From: an uncultured Christensenella sp.
Lineage (GTDB): Bacteria; Bacillota; Clostridia; Christensenellales; Aristaeellaceae
DNA: 50,465 nt
Direction: 5' to 3'
Assembly: GCA_964345845.1 (NCBI GenBank)
Contig: CAYFSN010000001.1
Span: forward strand, 11,469 to 61,933
Part shown: one piece after another, positions 41,275 through 50,465 of the stretch
Position numbering within the stretch: position 1 is the stretch's first letter
How the letters are laid out: each line of letters begins with the position of its first letter
The notes under the pieces: model-generated
What the model was told of the DNA's origin: nothing
Seen by the model: the letters and a program-made list of their open reading frames with translations, nothing else
The model's database searches: none
Translations under genes and position numbers: made by a program

Positions 41275-44145
41275 TTACCCAAAGGTGTCCTCTCCGAACA
41301 GCTTCTGGTACTCTTCTCTGCTGATGAGTGTCTTTCGAGGTTTTGTGCCTTCATTGCCGCTGATGATGTCCCGTCGCTCCATCTCATCAATCAATCGACC
41401 TGCTCTGCCATAACCCACACGCAAAACACGCTGCAGCATGGAGATGGACATTTGTCCTGCTTCTACAGCCATTTCAATGGCCTGCGGAAGCAGTTCATCA
41501 AAGGCCTCAGCGCTGTCATCATCAATGCCGGCGGAAGCGCCGCCGCTGCTGGACTGCTTATCCCCCGCTTCAATGTGCTCCATAATGTTCACATTGTAGT
41601 CCGCCTTGTTGCGGCTCTTCACATAGTCGGCCACCTGGCCTACTTCCTTGTCGCTGATAAAGCAGCCCTGTACACGTTGGGGCGAGGAAAGCATGCGCGG
41701 CAGGTACAGCATATCGCCATATCCCAGCAGTTTTTCAGCACCCTGTGCGTCCAGAATGGTGCGGCTATCCACCTGTGAGGAAACCTGGAAGGCAATGCGG
41801 CTGGGAATGTTGGCCTTGATGATGCCCGTGATGACGTCAACCGACGGCCGCTGCGTGGCCAATATCAGGCAGATGCCAGCGGCACGCGCCTTTGCTGTAA
41901 TGCGCTTCACGTGCTCATCAATGATTTTGCCGGCGCTGGCCATCAAGTCGCTCATTTCGTCAATGATGACGATGATGCGCGGCAGGGGCTCCTCATCCGG
42001 CGCCAGTTTTCGGTTGTAGGCGTCAATGTTGCGAACACCGAACTTCTGCAGTTGCATGTACCGCTCATCCATCTCTTGGCACACCCACTCCAAGGCAGAT
42101 ACCGCCTTCTTGGGGTCTACCACCACCGGCAGAAGCAAATGCGGCACATCGTTGTAGGGCTGCAGCTCTACAAACTTGGGGTCAACCAGTATCATGCGCA
42201 CTTCGCGCGGTGTAGAGCGATAAAGCAGGCTGGTAATTATCGCGTTGATACAGACCGACTTACCGCTGCCTGTGGCACCCGCAATCAGCAGGTGCGGCAT
42301 GTCCATCAGTTCGCATATAATGGGTGACCCAGTAATGTCCTTGCCCAAGGCAACCGCAGTGGGCGACTTCATCTCCCGCATTTTGGAGGAGTGCAGCACC
42401 TCGCTTAGGTGCACGGTTTCCGACTTGTCGTTGGAAACCTCAATGCCTATCAGCGGTGTACCCGGTATGGGGATTTCTGCGCGGATGGCACTCTTGGCCA
42501 GCAACTCCACCGCCAGGTTGTCCATGACATTGCGCAGTCTGTTCACATTGACGCCTTCCGCCAATCGAATGGCAAACCGGGTAATGGCGGGGCCGTGAAC
42601 AATCTGCTGCACTGTTGCAGAAATATTGAAGCTGCTGAGCGTGCTGATGAGTTTCTCCGCGCGCTGCAGGTCTTCTTCGGTTGTGTCGGGGCGGTTGCTG
42701 GCCTCCGGCACTGTCAGCAAGCGTTCGGGCGGGCGGTCATACGCATCCATGGGGATGCTGAGATGACGCTCCTTGGGTTTTGCTGCGGCCGTGCCATCGA
42801 CACGCTGTTGTGCGCCTTGCAGGGTTGTTGCCCTTGGCTGTACCGGTACCCGTTGCCCATCCAGTTTCACTGCCGGAGCCACTCCAACATCATTGATGCG
42901 CGTTCTGGCCGTGGGCCTCACCGGAGCGGAAACAGGTTCTATATCTTCATGCTGTTCTTCCCAGGGGAGAGCATCCTCCTGAGGGGTCATGACAGGCTCG
43001 GCAACCGCTTTCTCTGGCTGAGGTGCTGGTATGGGCTCAGCCTTTTTCATCACATTTTGCGGCTGCTGCAGGGGCTCTGCCTCAACAGACGTCTCTGGCG
43101 CAAGCGGCATATGAGAAACGGGCGAAGCATTGATGCTTTGAGGTTCCACAATGGGCTTCACAGCCTCACTGCGCGCCGTTCGGCGCGTCCTGGACATGGC
43201 ACGGGGCGGCACTTCCTGCTCGAACTGCTCATAGAACTCCTGCCCCACACTGGTGAACCCGGCCTCCATGGGGTCAGGTTCTTGCCAGCCGTTCATGAGT
43301 TGGGGCTCAGGATTCTGGTAGATTGTTTGCGGCGGTGTATAGACCGGTTGCGGAACCACTGGCTCCTGCATCTGCTCAACAAAGTAGGGCTGAACCTGCG
43401 GCTGGTAAGGTGCTGGCTCGGGCTGTACCGTTTCTTCTGGCTGTGCTTCCTGCTGCACGGGGACTGGCTGCCCCACGGGCTCCGGCTGCGGCACTACGCC
43501 GTCTCGCTTGGCGATACGCTTGTCCAGCCGCTGCACCCAAAGCGCCGGATTCTGTCTGAACAACGCCAGGGTTAACCCGATGGCCCCCAATACCAGCACA
43601 ATGGTGCCGCCAACAGCCCCCAGCAGCCGCCAGGCTGGAAAGGCCACCAGCATGCCCAGTGCCCCGCCGCCAGGCAGCGGGGTAAGCTTATTCTCATATT
43701 TATGATACGCACTTGCCAGGTACTGCCCGAAAGTGTCCGGCGCAGGACGGTTCAACAGTTTCTCATTCAAGTTCAGCACATAGTCCATCAGCGAACCATA
43801 TCCAGCAATGCTGGTGGTCAGCGTAAGCACCGCCAGCACCAGCGCGTAGATGGACAGCGTCAGCGCAAAGGATCGAAACGAGATATAGTGACGCGCAGAT
43901 ACACACAGAAGCCAGCCCAGCCATAGCAGGAAGATGGGCACCGCTATGTACAGCGCCCCGCCCAGCCCCATGGCCATATCCTTCAGGCCGGCAATCGTCG
44001 CGCTGGAGATGTTAAACGCAGTGCTGTTTACCCCCAACAGCAGGCCAAACCCCAGTGCCATGCACAATATGCCGGCAATCAGCGAAACTGGCCCGCCCCT
44101 GTCGGTGGACCGCAGAACCGCTTTTCCTCTACCTTTGGTGGACAA
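41275..44145 (-). CDS. ftsK: DNA translocase FtsK/SpoIIIE
   Basis: 956 aa with N-terminal TM helices, a long P/Q/E-rich linker, a motor domain (HLLIAGATGSGKSV, VIIDEMSDLM, ATQRPSVDVITG) and a C-terminal gamma wHTH (SISMLQRVLRVGYGRAGRLID). Confidence 0.95.
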   Translation of the reverse strand: MSTKGRGKAVLRSTDRGGPVSLIAGILCMALGFGLLLGVNSTAFNISSATIAGLKDMAMGLGGALYIAVPIFLLWLGWLLCVSARHYISFRSFALTLSIYALVLAVLTLTTSIAGYGSLMDYVLNLNEKLLNRPAPDTFGQYLASAYHKYENKLTPLPGGGALGMLVAFPAWRLLGAVGGTIVLVLGAIGLTLALFRQNPALWVQRLDKRIAKRDGVVPQPEPVGQPVPVQQEAQPEETVQPEPAPYQPQVQPYFVEQMQEPVVPQPVYTPPQTIYQNPEPQLMNGWQEPDPMEAGFTSVGQEFYEQFEQEVPPRAMSRTRRTARSEAVKPIVEPQSINASPVSHMPLAPETSVEAEPLQQPQNVMKKAEPIPAPQPEKAVAEPVMTPQEDALPWEEQHEDIEPVSAPVRPTARTRINDVGVAPAVKLDGQRVPVQPRATTLQGAQQRVDGTAAAKPKERHLSIPMDAYDRPPERLLTVPEASNRPDTTEEDLQRAEKLISTLSSFNISATVQQIVHGPAITRFAIRLAEGVNVNRLRNVMDNLAVELLAKSAIRAEIPIPGTPLIGIEVSNDKSETVHLSEVLHSSKMREMKSPTAVALGKDITGSPIICELMDMPHLLIAGATGSGKSVCINAIITSLLYRSTPREVRMILVDPKFVELQPYNDVPHLLLPVVVDPKKAVSALEWVCQEMDERYMQLQKFGVRNIDAYNRKLAPDEEPLPRIIVIIDEMSDLMASAGKIIDEHVKRITAKARAAGICLILATQRPSVDVITGIIKANIPSRIAFQVSSQVDSRTILDAQGAEKLLGYGDMLYLPRMLSSPQRVQGCFISDKEVGQVADYVKSRNKADYNVNIMEHIEAGDKQSSSGGASAGIDDDSAEAFDELLPQAIEMAVEAGQMSISMLQRVLRVGYGRAGRLIDEMERRDIISGNEGTKPRKTLISREEYQKLFGEDTFG

Positions 44146-44163
44146 TCGTTCTCCCCTATTCTA

Positions 44164-45324
44164 TCAAGTTGCGCTGCTGAGCCATATCGCCTGCAGTACA
44201 TTGTCAACTCCGTATAGCAATCGAAGCACCATGCTTTCGTATTGATAATCGACCAGCGTGCCGGCCGGCAGGTGATAGCGCTCCGCCAAATTGCCCTCAA
44301 GAGGCAATGAGGCAGTTTCCGGCCCCAGCACAGCGGTGACATCCTCATTGGTGGCCTTACCAGTGATCAAACCAAACAAGTTCATGCGCTGGGTGATGAT
44401 GCCAGTAACCTTGCCGCCATCCACAATAATGGCGCTTCCCCTGAACCTGTCATCCTCCAGCTGATAGCGCAGGCCACCGGGGAAACTCATGGAATCGCTT
44501 GCCTTCGGAAACATCATCAATGTCTCCTCTGCGCTGTCGCCAAGTATGACCGGCAGCCCTGGCAGGCGCGCCTGAAGGACGCTCTCACGAATGCTGTCTG
44601 CCGTTTTCTCGTTAGGAGCAAGCTTTTCGTTGACCTGCAACTGCCACAGCAATGAATCCTCAGTGATATTCAGCAATGGCGCGACTTCATCATAATGCAG
44701 ATGCAGGCTGCCAGCCCGTCCGGATAGCAGGCTGAGTTGCTGAGCGTCGTAATACAGGGTGACGCCTTGCTCATCCAGCAGCATGTTATCAAGCGGCAGC
44801 GGCAGGTAGGCATCGGCGTTCAGATAACTGCTGACGTCATCCGTGATGTGCTCCTGGATGATGTCTGCGATGCCGGCCTCCGCCTGCTCCACATCTACGA
44901 AGATATCTGCAGCGGTTACCGGCTCCCCAGTGGTCAGCCGGTACATCAAGGAACGCACGCCGTGGCTGGGACGGCCGGGACCTATGCGCCCGGATGACTC
45001 TATGCGTACACTGAGCACATCCTGCCCATCTCTTCCGGGCAGTATTGCCGCCTGAACATCACTCTGCAGGGCGCCGCCGCCATCGGATGTAGCCGCGCTG
45101 AGGTTGGAAAGCAGCGTCTCATAGCCACCATCTGCCATGATGGATTGGTTGATTCGATCTTGTACAAAGGTATTAAGCATACCTGTCAGTTTGGGCACCA
45201 GTACATAAGAGCCGTACTGCTCGTGTTTCTCAATGGTTATTTCCACTTGTGCCTGCGCTGGCAATGCCTGCAAAAGCACAGCCGACATCAGCAAGCACAG
45301 AAATACAACGTTCATGCGTTTCAT
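44164..45324 (-). CDS. secreted DUF3298/DUF4163-like (RsiV/PdaC-type) domain protein
   Basis: Signal peptide MKRMNVVFLCLLMSAVLLQALPAQA. The pattern ...SVRIESSGRIGPGRPSHGVRSLMYRLTTGEPVTAADIF resembles the DUF3298 core (Y.GGAHG...tfdl.tGk.l.l.DlF). The C-terminal half was not recognised. Confidence 0.55.
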   Translation of the reverse strand: MKRMNVVFLCLLMSAVLLQALPAQAQVEITIEKHEQYGSYVLVPKLTGMLNTFVQDRINQSIMADGGYETLLSNLSAATSDGGGALQSDVQAAILPGRDGQDVLSVRIESSGRIGPGRPSHGVRSLMYRLTTGEPVTAADIFVDVEQAEAGIADIIQEHITDDVSSYLNADAYLPLPLDNMLLDEQGVTLYYDAQQLSLLSGRAGSLHLHYDEVAPLLNITEDSLLWQLQVNEKLAPNEKTADSIRESVLQARLPGLPVILGDSAEETLMMFPKASDSMSFPGGLRYQLEDDRFRGSAIIVDGGKVTGIITQRMNLFGLITGKATNEDVTAVLGPETASLPLEGNLAERYHLPAGTLVDYQYESMVLRLLYGVDNVLQAIWLSSAT

Positions 45325-45379
45325 GTCTGACCCTCCATGACGCCATTTTATCTGATTGTGCTGTATGCCGCAAGCCAGC

Positions 45380-46618
45380 CTATCGCTTCAAGTACTGCTC
45401 CGCCTTTTTCCCCACCACAGCAAGGGTTGGCTCAACACTGAAAACCTGAGCTGCCAGACGCATAATCTTGCGGGCGGAGACCCCGCGAATGCCTCGAAGC
45501 ACTTCAGACGGCCGTACAATGCGCTCGCGGATGAGTTGATTGGTGCCCAAGCTGGACATTCTGCTGTAGGCGCTTTCCTGCGACAGCACAAAGCCTGTGC
45601 GCAACTGTGCCTTAGCCTGCTCCAGTTCCTTGTCGTCAATACCGTGCTTCAGCAGATTCTCTACTTCTTCCTGCACATGGTGCAGCACTTTCTTGGCCCC
45701 CCTTGGCGTGGCTCCTGCGTATATCACAAAGTCTCCACAGCCGGGGTAGGATGTCGGCGACGAATAGATGCTGTACACCAGCCCCTGCTCCTCCCGGATG
45801 CGCTGAAACAGCCGCGAGGATACGCCGCCGCCAAACAATGTGTTGAACACCAACATGGTGTAGCGCTGCGGGTCATCATAGGGCAAACCAGGGTATCCAA
45901 GGCACAGTTGAACTTGTTCCGTTTTTTTGTCACGGAACAGCCTGCCGGCCTCCTGCACGGAACAGGTTGGGTACGCCGCCCGCGCATCACCCGTCCACTG
46001 ACCAAAGCTGCCTTCCAGCATCTCCACCAGTTTCAGTTTGTTAAACCGGCCGGCCACGGAGATGACCGTATTGGCGGGATGGTAATACTTCTGGCGGAAC
46101 TGCCACAGATGGTCGGCCTGATAGGCCGCGACACCCTCTTTCGTGCCAGCGATAGCTATGGCCAAGCTCTGCTCACCGTACAATGCACGGTTCATCAGCT
46201 CGTACGCCAAGTCGTCCGGTGCGTCTTCGCTCATGGCAATTTCTTCCAGCACGACATTCTTTTCTTTGTTCAGTTCTGCTGGGTCTATGACAGGGTTCAG
46301 CGTCATATCAGCAAGCAATTCAACGGCACGCTGCAGATCGCTGTCACACACCTTGGCAAAGTAGGTTGTGTACAGTTTGCTGGTGGCTGCATTTACCTGG
46401 CCGCCGATTGCATCCATCTCGTCCGCCAATTGGCGGGCGCTGCGCGTGGTTGTACCTTTGAACGCCATATGCTCTATCAGGTGGGACAGTCCATTCTCAT
46501 CGTGTGATTCCAGCATGGAGCCTGCTTTGACCCATACCCCCGCCGCGACCGAGCGCAGGTGAGGCATGCTCTCCGTAACCACCGTGAGACCGTTGGACAG
46601 TTGAAAGGTGTCTATCAC
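45380..46618 (-). CDS. M16 family (pitrilysin/insulinase-like) zinc peptidase
   Basis: HLIEHMAFKGT inverted zinc motif (HxxEH) and a 412 aa two-domain layout. GTG start preceded by AAGGAG. Conserved position downstream of pnp (B. subtilis MlpA/YmxG-like). Confidence 0.88.
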   Translation of the reverse strand: MIDTFQLSNGLTVVTESMPHLRSVAAGVWVKAGSMLESHDENGLSHLIEHMAFKGTTTRSARQLADEMDAIGGQVNAATSKLYTTYFAKVCDSDLQRAVELLADMTLNPVIDPAELNKEKNVVLEEIAMSEDAPDDLAYELMNRALYGEQSLAIAIAGTKEGVAAYQADHLWQFRQKYYHPANTVISVAGRFNKLKLVEMLEGSFGQWTGDARAAYPTCSVQEAGRLFRDKKTEQVQLCLGYPGLPYDDPQRYTMLVFNTLFGGGVSSRLFQRIREEQGLVYSIYSSPTSYPGCGDFVIYAGATPRGAKKVLHHVQEEVENLLKHGIDDKELEQAKAQLRTGFVLSQESAYSRMSSLGTNQLIRERIVRPSEVLRGIRGVSARKIMRLAAQVFSVEPTLAVVGKKAEQYLKR

Positions 46619-46633
46619 AATTGCTCCTTATCA

Positions 46634-46662
46634 AAGGGAACCTGCGCACGGCAGGTTCCCTT
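46634..46662 (-). terminator. strong hairpin between pnp and the M16 peptidase gene (partial terminator or processing site)
   Basis: GGGAACCTGC-loop-GCAGGTTCCC, extended by flanking A/T pairs. The minus-strand downstream tract is only TTTGAT, and the M16 SD follows immediately, so read-through is likely. Confidence 0.5.
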
Positions 46663-46680
46663 GTTTTACGCAGATAGCGA

Positions 46681-48861
46681 TTAGGTGTTGCTGGGACGGC
46701 CGTCACGGCGCGGGGGGCGCCCTGCGCCTCTACCGCCTTCGCCGCCGCCGGAGCGGGGCGTGAACGACCTGCGCTCATATACGATGTCGTTTCGAATCAG
46801 GTTGACACGGCCCTGGGAGTCAATCTCCTGTACCTTTACCTCAACCTCATCGCCAACGTTCAGCACATCTTCAACTTTTTCAACACGTTCGTTGGCCAGT
46901 TTGGAAATGTGCAGCAGGCCATCCTTACCGGGCAGCAGCTCAACAAAGGCACCCAGGTTGCTCATGACGCGCACGACACGGCCCATGTAAACCTCACCGG
47001 CTTCCACATCCTTGGCGATGCCTTCGATGATTTTGCGGGCTTTTGCCGCCGCTTCCTCATCCGGAGTGCCAATGGCCACGCGGCCATCGTCTTCGATGTC
47101 AATCTTCACACCAGTATCAGCAATGATTTTGTTAATCATCTTGCCGCCGGGTCCAATGACCTCACGAATCTTGTCCGGGTTGATGAAGAAGGTGATGATC
47201 TTGGGCGCGTACTTGCTCAGGCTTTCGCGCGGCTGTTGCAGGGTCTCCAGCATGATTTTCAGGATGTGGAGCCTGGCATCCAGCGCTTGTTTGAGCGCCT
47301 GACGCAGAATCTGCTCATCAATGCCCTTAATCTTAATGTCCATCTGAATGGCCGTGATGCCGTTCATGGTGCCCGCTACCTTAAAGTCCATGTCGCCCAG
47401 GAAGTCTTCCAGGCCCTGGATGTCGGTTAGCACGGACACTTTGTCCGACTGGTCGTCCTTAATCAGGCCCATGGCCACGCCGGCAACAGGCGCCTTAATC
47501 GGCACGCCCGCGTCCATCAGCGACAAGGTGCTGCCGCAAACGGAGGCCATGGAGGATGAGCCATTGGAGCTCAGCACTTCACTGACCAACCGCAGCGCAT
47601 AGGGAAACTCTTCTTCAGAGGGAATCATGGGCTCCAGCGCGCGCTCAGCGAGGGCACCATGGCCAATCTCGCGGCGGCCGGGGGCACGCATGCGGCCCGC
47701 TTCGCCGGTGGCGTAGGGCGGCATGTTGTAGTGGTGAATGTAGCGCTTGGACTCCTCATTGGAGAGCCCATCCAGCATCTGCACTTCACGCAGGCTGCCC
47801 AGCGTGGTCACCGTCAGTGCCTGGGTCTGTCCGCGGGTAAACACTGCGCTGCCGTGGGCGCGGGGCAGAATGCCCGCTTCGCACCAAATGTTGCGCACAT
47901 CAGTGGTGCCGCGTCCATCCGGGCGAATGCCCTGGTCCAGGATTTTGCGGCGCATGACTTCTTTGTTCATGCCATAAAGCGCGTCTTCAATCTCGCTCTC
48001 GCGGCCTTCAAACTCGGCGGCAAAGCGCTCCAGCACTTCCTGTTTTACCTGGTCTTCACGCTGTTGGCGCTCAGCGCGAACATCGGTGTCAAAACTCCAC
48101 CAAACTTTGTCATTGGCGTACGTACGCACAGCCTGTTTGATGTCATCACCAGTGACAAACAGCGGAAACTCGCGCTTGGGTTTGCCAATTTCGGCAACAA
48201 TCTTCTCCTGGAAGGCCACCATTTCCTTGATGGTTTCATGGGCGAACAGGATGGCGTCCAGCATCACTTCTTCGGATACTTCGTTGGCGCCCGCCTCTAC
48301 CATCATGATGGCATCCTTGGTGCCGGACACCGTCAGGTGCAGGTCGCTTTCAGCGGTCTGCTGCTCATTGGGGTTCAGCACCAGCTGGCCATTCACACGG
48401 CCAACTGTAACAGAGCCTGTGGGGCCGGCCCACGGAATATCGCTGACGCAAAGCGCGACGGAGCTACCCAGCATCGCAGGGATATCCGGCGGGTTGTTTA
48501 CGTCAACCGACAACACGGTCGCCACCACCTGCACATCATTGCGCATGCCCTTGTTAAACAGCGGGCGGATGGGCCGGTCAATCAGCCGGCAGGTCAGCGT
48601 CGCCTTTTCAGTGGGTCTGCTTTCACGTTTGATGAAGCCGCCGGGAATCTTGCCGACAGCGTAGAGCTTCTCTTCAAAGTCTACACTTAGCGGAAAGAAG
48701 TCGGTGCCTTCACGGGGTTTTTCGGAGTAGGTCACGTTCACCAACACAGCGGTGTCGCCATAGCGCACCAGGGTTGAGCCCGCAGCCTGTTCGGCATAGC
48801 GGCCAAACTCAAAGCTGAGCGGCCTGCCTGCAAAGTCTATTGTGTACTTTCTGGGTTCCAT
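46681..48861 (-). CDS. pnp: polyribonucleotide nucleotidyltransferase (PNPase)
   Basis: 726 aa with two RNase PH domains, KH and S1 (GEVYMGRVVRVMSNLGAFVELLPGKDGLLHIS) and a G/R-rich tail. Confidence 0.97.
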   Translation of the reverse strand: MEPRKYTIDFAGRPLSFEFGRYAEQAAGSTLVRYGDTAVLVNVTYSEKPREGTDFFPLSVDFEEKLYAVGKIPGGFIKRESRPTEKATLTCRLIDRPIRPLFNKGMRNDVQVVATVLSVDVNNPPDIPAMLGSSVALCVSDIPWAGPTGSVTVGRVNGQLVLNPNEQQTAESDLHLTVSGTKDAIMMVEAGANEVSEEVMLDAILFAHETIKEMVAFQEKIVAEIGKPKREFPLFVTGDDIKQAVRTYANDKVWWSFDTDVRAERQQREDQVKQEVLERFAAEFEGRESEIEDALYGMNKEVMRRKILDQGIRPDGRGTTDVRNIWCEAGILPRAHGSAVFTRGQTQALTVTTLGSLREVQMLDGLSNEESKRYIHHYNMPPYATGEAGRMRAPGRREIGHGALAERALEPMIPSEEEFPYALRLVSEVLSSNGSSSMASVCGSTLSLMDAGVPIKAPVAGVAMGLIKDDQSDKVSVLTDIQGLEDFLGDMDFKVAGTMNGITAIQMDIKIKGIDEQILRQALKQALDARLHILKIMLETLQQPRESLSKYAPKIITFFINPDKIREVIGPGGKMINKIIADTGVKIDIEDDGRVAIGTPDEEAAAKARKIIEGIAKDVEAGEVYMGRVVRVMSNLGAFVELLPGKDGLLHISKLANERVEKVEDVLNVGDEVEVKVQEIDSQGRVNLIRNDIVYERRSFTPRSGGGEGGRGAGRPPRRDGRPSNT

Positions 48862-48913
48862 TCTTTCTCCTTCTCCTCACTCCAGGGCACAGGTCCTTCC
48901 CATGCCCACATGA

Positions 48914-48942
48914 CATAAAAAGGTCGGGGCAAAGCCCCGACT
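48914..48942 (-). terminator. rpsO terminator / pnp leader hairpin
   Basis: Minus strand has GTCGGGGC-TTTG-CCCCGAC followed by CTTTTTAT, directly after the rpsO stop. Confidence 0.85.
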
Positions 48943-48948
48943 TATTGA

Positions 48949-49212
48949 TTACTTGCGCAGATTCAACTCGCCAAGCAGTGTGCGGTAGCGCTCGATGTTC
49001 GTGCGGCGCAGATAGTCCAGCAGGCCGCGGCGCTGACCAACCATCAGCAGAAGGCCTCGACGGCTGTGGTGGTCCTTCTTGTTGAGCTTCAGGTGCTCGT
49101 TGAGGTGGTTGATGCGCTCGGTCAACAGGGCGATTTGCACTTCCGGCGAGCCGGTGTCGCCTTCCTGACGCGCGTAGGTGTTGATGATTTCTGCTTTTCT
49201 GGTCTTATCCAT
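48949..49212 (-). CDS. rpsO: 30S ribosomal protein S15
   Basis: 87 aa with [35 protein letters not shown], canonical S15. Confidence 0.97.
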   Translation of the reverse strand: MDKTRKAEIINTYARQEGDTGSPEVQIALLTERINHLNEHLKLNKKDHHSRRGLLLMVGQRRGLLDYLRRTNIERYRTLLGELNLRK

Positions 49213-49381
49213 GGGTTCCTCCTCATTAGGGCGTGGTCTTCCCCTGCTTCAATTGCCGCAAACACAGACCGACGTTGAGCCTCGACGACCCGAGCAAGCG
49301 GTTCCATTTGCCACAAACATAATTATAGCGCATACCTCCAATAAAGTAAACGCTTTTTTCATGGCATTTACTCGTACTCTT

Positions 49382-49876
49382 CTACTGAATGGAAATAACA
49401 AGCGCATGCAAAGCTTGCATGCCATACTGCAAGCCGTGGTCGTTTTGCAGCGTATAGTCAGCACAGGCACGGTAGTACCCAATGCGCTGGTTGAACTGCT
49501 GCAAAAACGCGGCACAGTCTGCCTCCCCGCTGACCTTTTGCTCTGCCAGCAGTTGGTCTAAAGGCCGTTCAATATGAACAATCACGCCATGGTTTTGCAT
49601 CAGCTGCACATTTTCCTTATACAGCGGCAAATCGGCGCCAGTCACCACGATCGCGGGTGGTGCGCCTGTTAATGTCATCAATACGCCGGTTTCAGCATTG
49701 TGGTATAGTTCCTCACCAAGGCTCTTAACCGTGTCCGCTGATGGCACACCAAACATCTTGGCAATCTGCTGATCTGTGTCCACAAACGGTAGCGACATCT
49801 CAGCCGCCAGCCGGCTCCCCAAAGTGCTTTTGCCGCTGCCCTCCATGCCTACTAAAAAGACATGACCAGCAATCAT
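49382..49876 (-). CDS. aroK: shikimate kinase
   Basis: VFLVGMEGSGKSTLGSRLA P-loop, FVDTDQQI and a small (164 aa) NMP-kinase fold. GGAGGG SD. Confidence 0.75.
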   Translation of the reverse strand: MIAGHVFLVGMEGSGKSTLGSRLAAEMSLPFVDTDQQIAKMFGVPSADTVKSLGEELYHNAETGVLMTLTGAPPAIVVTGADLPLYKENVQLMQNHGVIVHIERPLDQLLAEQKVSGEADCAAFLQQFNQRIGYYRACADYTLQNDHGLQYGMQALHALVISIQ

Positions 49877-49917
49877 GCTGCTCCCTCCAACCGTGCTTGA
49901 TAAAGATGTACATTACC

Positions 49918-49946
49918 ATAGTACCATTCATAATCAGAAATGACAA
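49918..49946 (-). promoter_or_regulatory. putative sigma-A promoter for aroK
   Basis: Minus strand has TTGTCA (49941-49946), a 17 nt spacer and TACTAT (49918-49923). Confidence 0.45.
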
Positions 49947-50213
49947 GAAAATCAATCTGCATCGGAAGAATTGGCTTATACAATGAACGAATGAATCAGC
50001 AAATTCACCCTGCCGATATGTTCAAAGCCAAGACCAAAAAATCTTTTACAAATACTATGCAAAGGTTGATTTGTGTGCTATATTATCAACGGTGCCAAGC
50101 CAAAGGCTCAGGTGTTCCTCCCGGTTATGTCGTCAGGTGACTGATGTGATACCTAAGGAAAACAACTGTTGATCGCATCGGTTTGGACAACATTAAAGGA
50201 GGTACATGATATC

Positions 50214-50465
50214 ATGTATGCCGACAAAACCCTGAACTGCCGTGAGTGCGGCGCCGACTTCACCTTTACTGGCTCCGAACAGGCTTTCTACGCCGAAAAG
50301 GGCTTCCAGAACGAACCTGGCCGTTGCCCCGCTTGCCGCGCCAACCGCCGCAACAACAGCCGTGGCGGCGACCGTCAGATGTTTGACGTGATCTGCGACG
50401 AATGCGGCGCCACCACCCAGGTGCCCTTCCAGCCCCGTGGCGATCGTCCTGTCTACTGCCGCGAT
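50214..50465 (+). CDS. zinc-ribbon (double CxxC) small protein, N-terminal part; continues beyond the window
   Basis: ATG at 50214 after AAAGGAGG. It translates to MYADKTLNCRECGADFTFTGSEQAFYAEKGFQNEPGRCPACRANRR...VICDECGATTQVPFQPRGDRPVYCRD, with repeated CxxC...F.P....PvYC zinc-ribbon units. Open to the window end. Confidence 0.75.
   Translation, partial: MYADKTLNCRECGADFTFTGSEQAFYAEKGFQNEPGRCPACRANRRNNSRGGDRQMFDVICDECGATTQVPFQPRGDRPVYCRD

Noticed and set aside
49940-50140. 66-aa plus-strand ORF in the aroK / zinc-ribbon intergenic region
   Set aside because: No SD and low-complexity content. It overlaps the predicted promoter and leader of the downstream gene, so it is more likely non-coding.
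1-50465. Mobile elements, prophage genes, defence systems, CRISPR arrays, tRNA/rRNA genes
   Set aside because: None found. There are no transposase, integrase or recombinase-like ORFs and no direct-repeat/spacer arrays. No intergenic gap has tRNA-like conserved arms. Gene content and synteny are core-chromosomal throughout.

Overview
Chromosomal, housekeeping-dominated window from a moderately GC-rich Firmicutes/Clostridia-type anaerobe. That placement is inferred from PolC, the rimP-nusA-ylxR-ylxQ-infB-rbfA-nrnA-truB and frr-uppS-cdsA-dxr-rseP-ispG-polC syntenies, an Rnf complex and fhs. I call about 45 tightly packed CDS, mostly on the minus strand and many with 1-8 nt stop/start overlaps. 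I saw no rRNA, tRNA, CRISPR array, transposase or integrase. One clear cis-regulatory RNA is present, a SAM-I riboswitch ahead of metK, along with several near-consensus sigma-A promoters and intrinsic terminators. The stand-out region is 32.3-39.2 kb, an Rnf operon with non-canonical architecture. There is no rnfG between rnfD and rnfE. Instead a 651-656 aa RnfG-like membrane-anchored protein sits upstream of rnfC and carries five tandem FMN-binding modules, each with an ApbE-type Dxx(S/A)(G/A)(A/S)T flavinylation motif. It is preceded by a truncated RibF that has only the FMN adenylyltransferase (FAD synthetase) domain. An ApbE flavin transferase lies elsewhere in the window (after era), and a divergently transcribed secreted protein with an FMN_bind-like layout flanks the operon. 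Together these look like an expanded, possibly multi-flavinylated extracytoplasmic electron-transfer extension of Rnf. Secondary oddities are an in-frame YbeY-cytidine deaminase fusion (no dgkA), and seven perfect [10 protein letters not shown] repeats in IF-2 maintained despite synonymous DNA divergence. There is also a catalytically degenerate isopropylmalate/isocitrate-dehydrogenase-like protein coupled to a CapA-like secreted protein behind fhs, a small TTGA-coupled ORF between frr and uppS, and an apparently leaderless GT-C-like membrane protein gene. All family assignments are by-eye motif recognition on the supplied translations; no searches were run.
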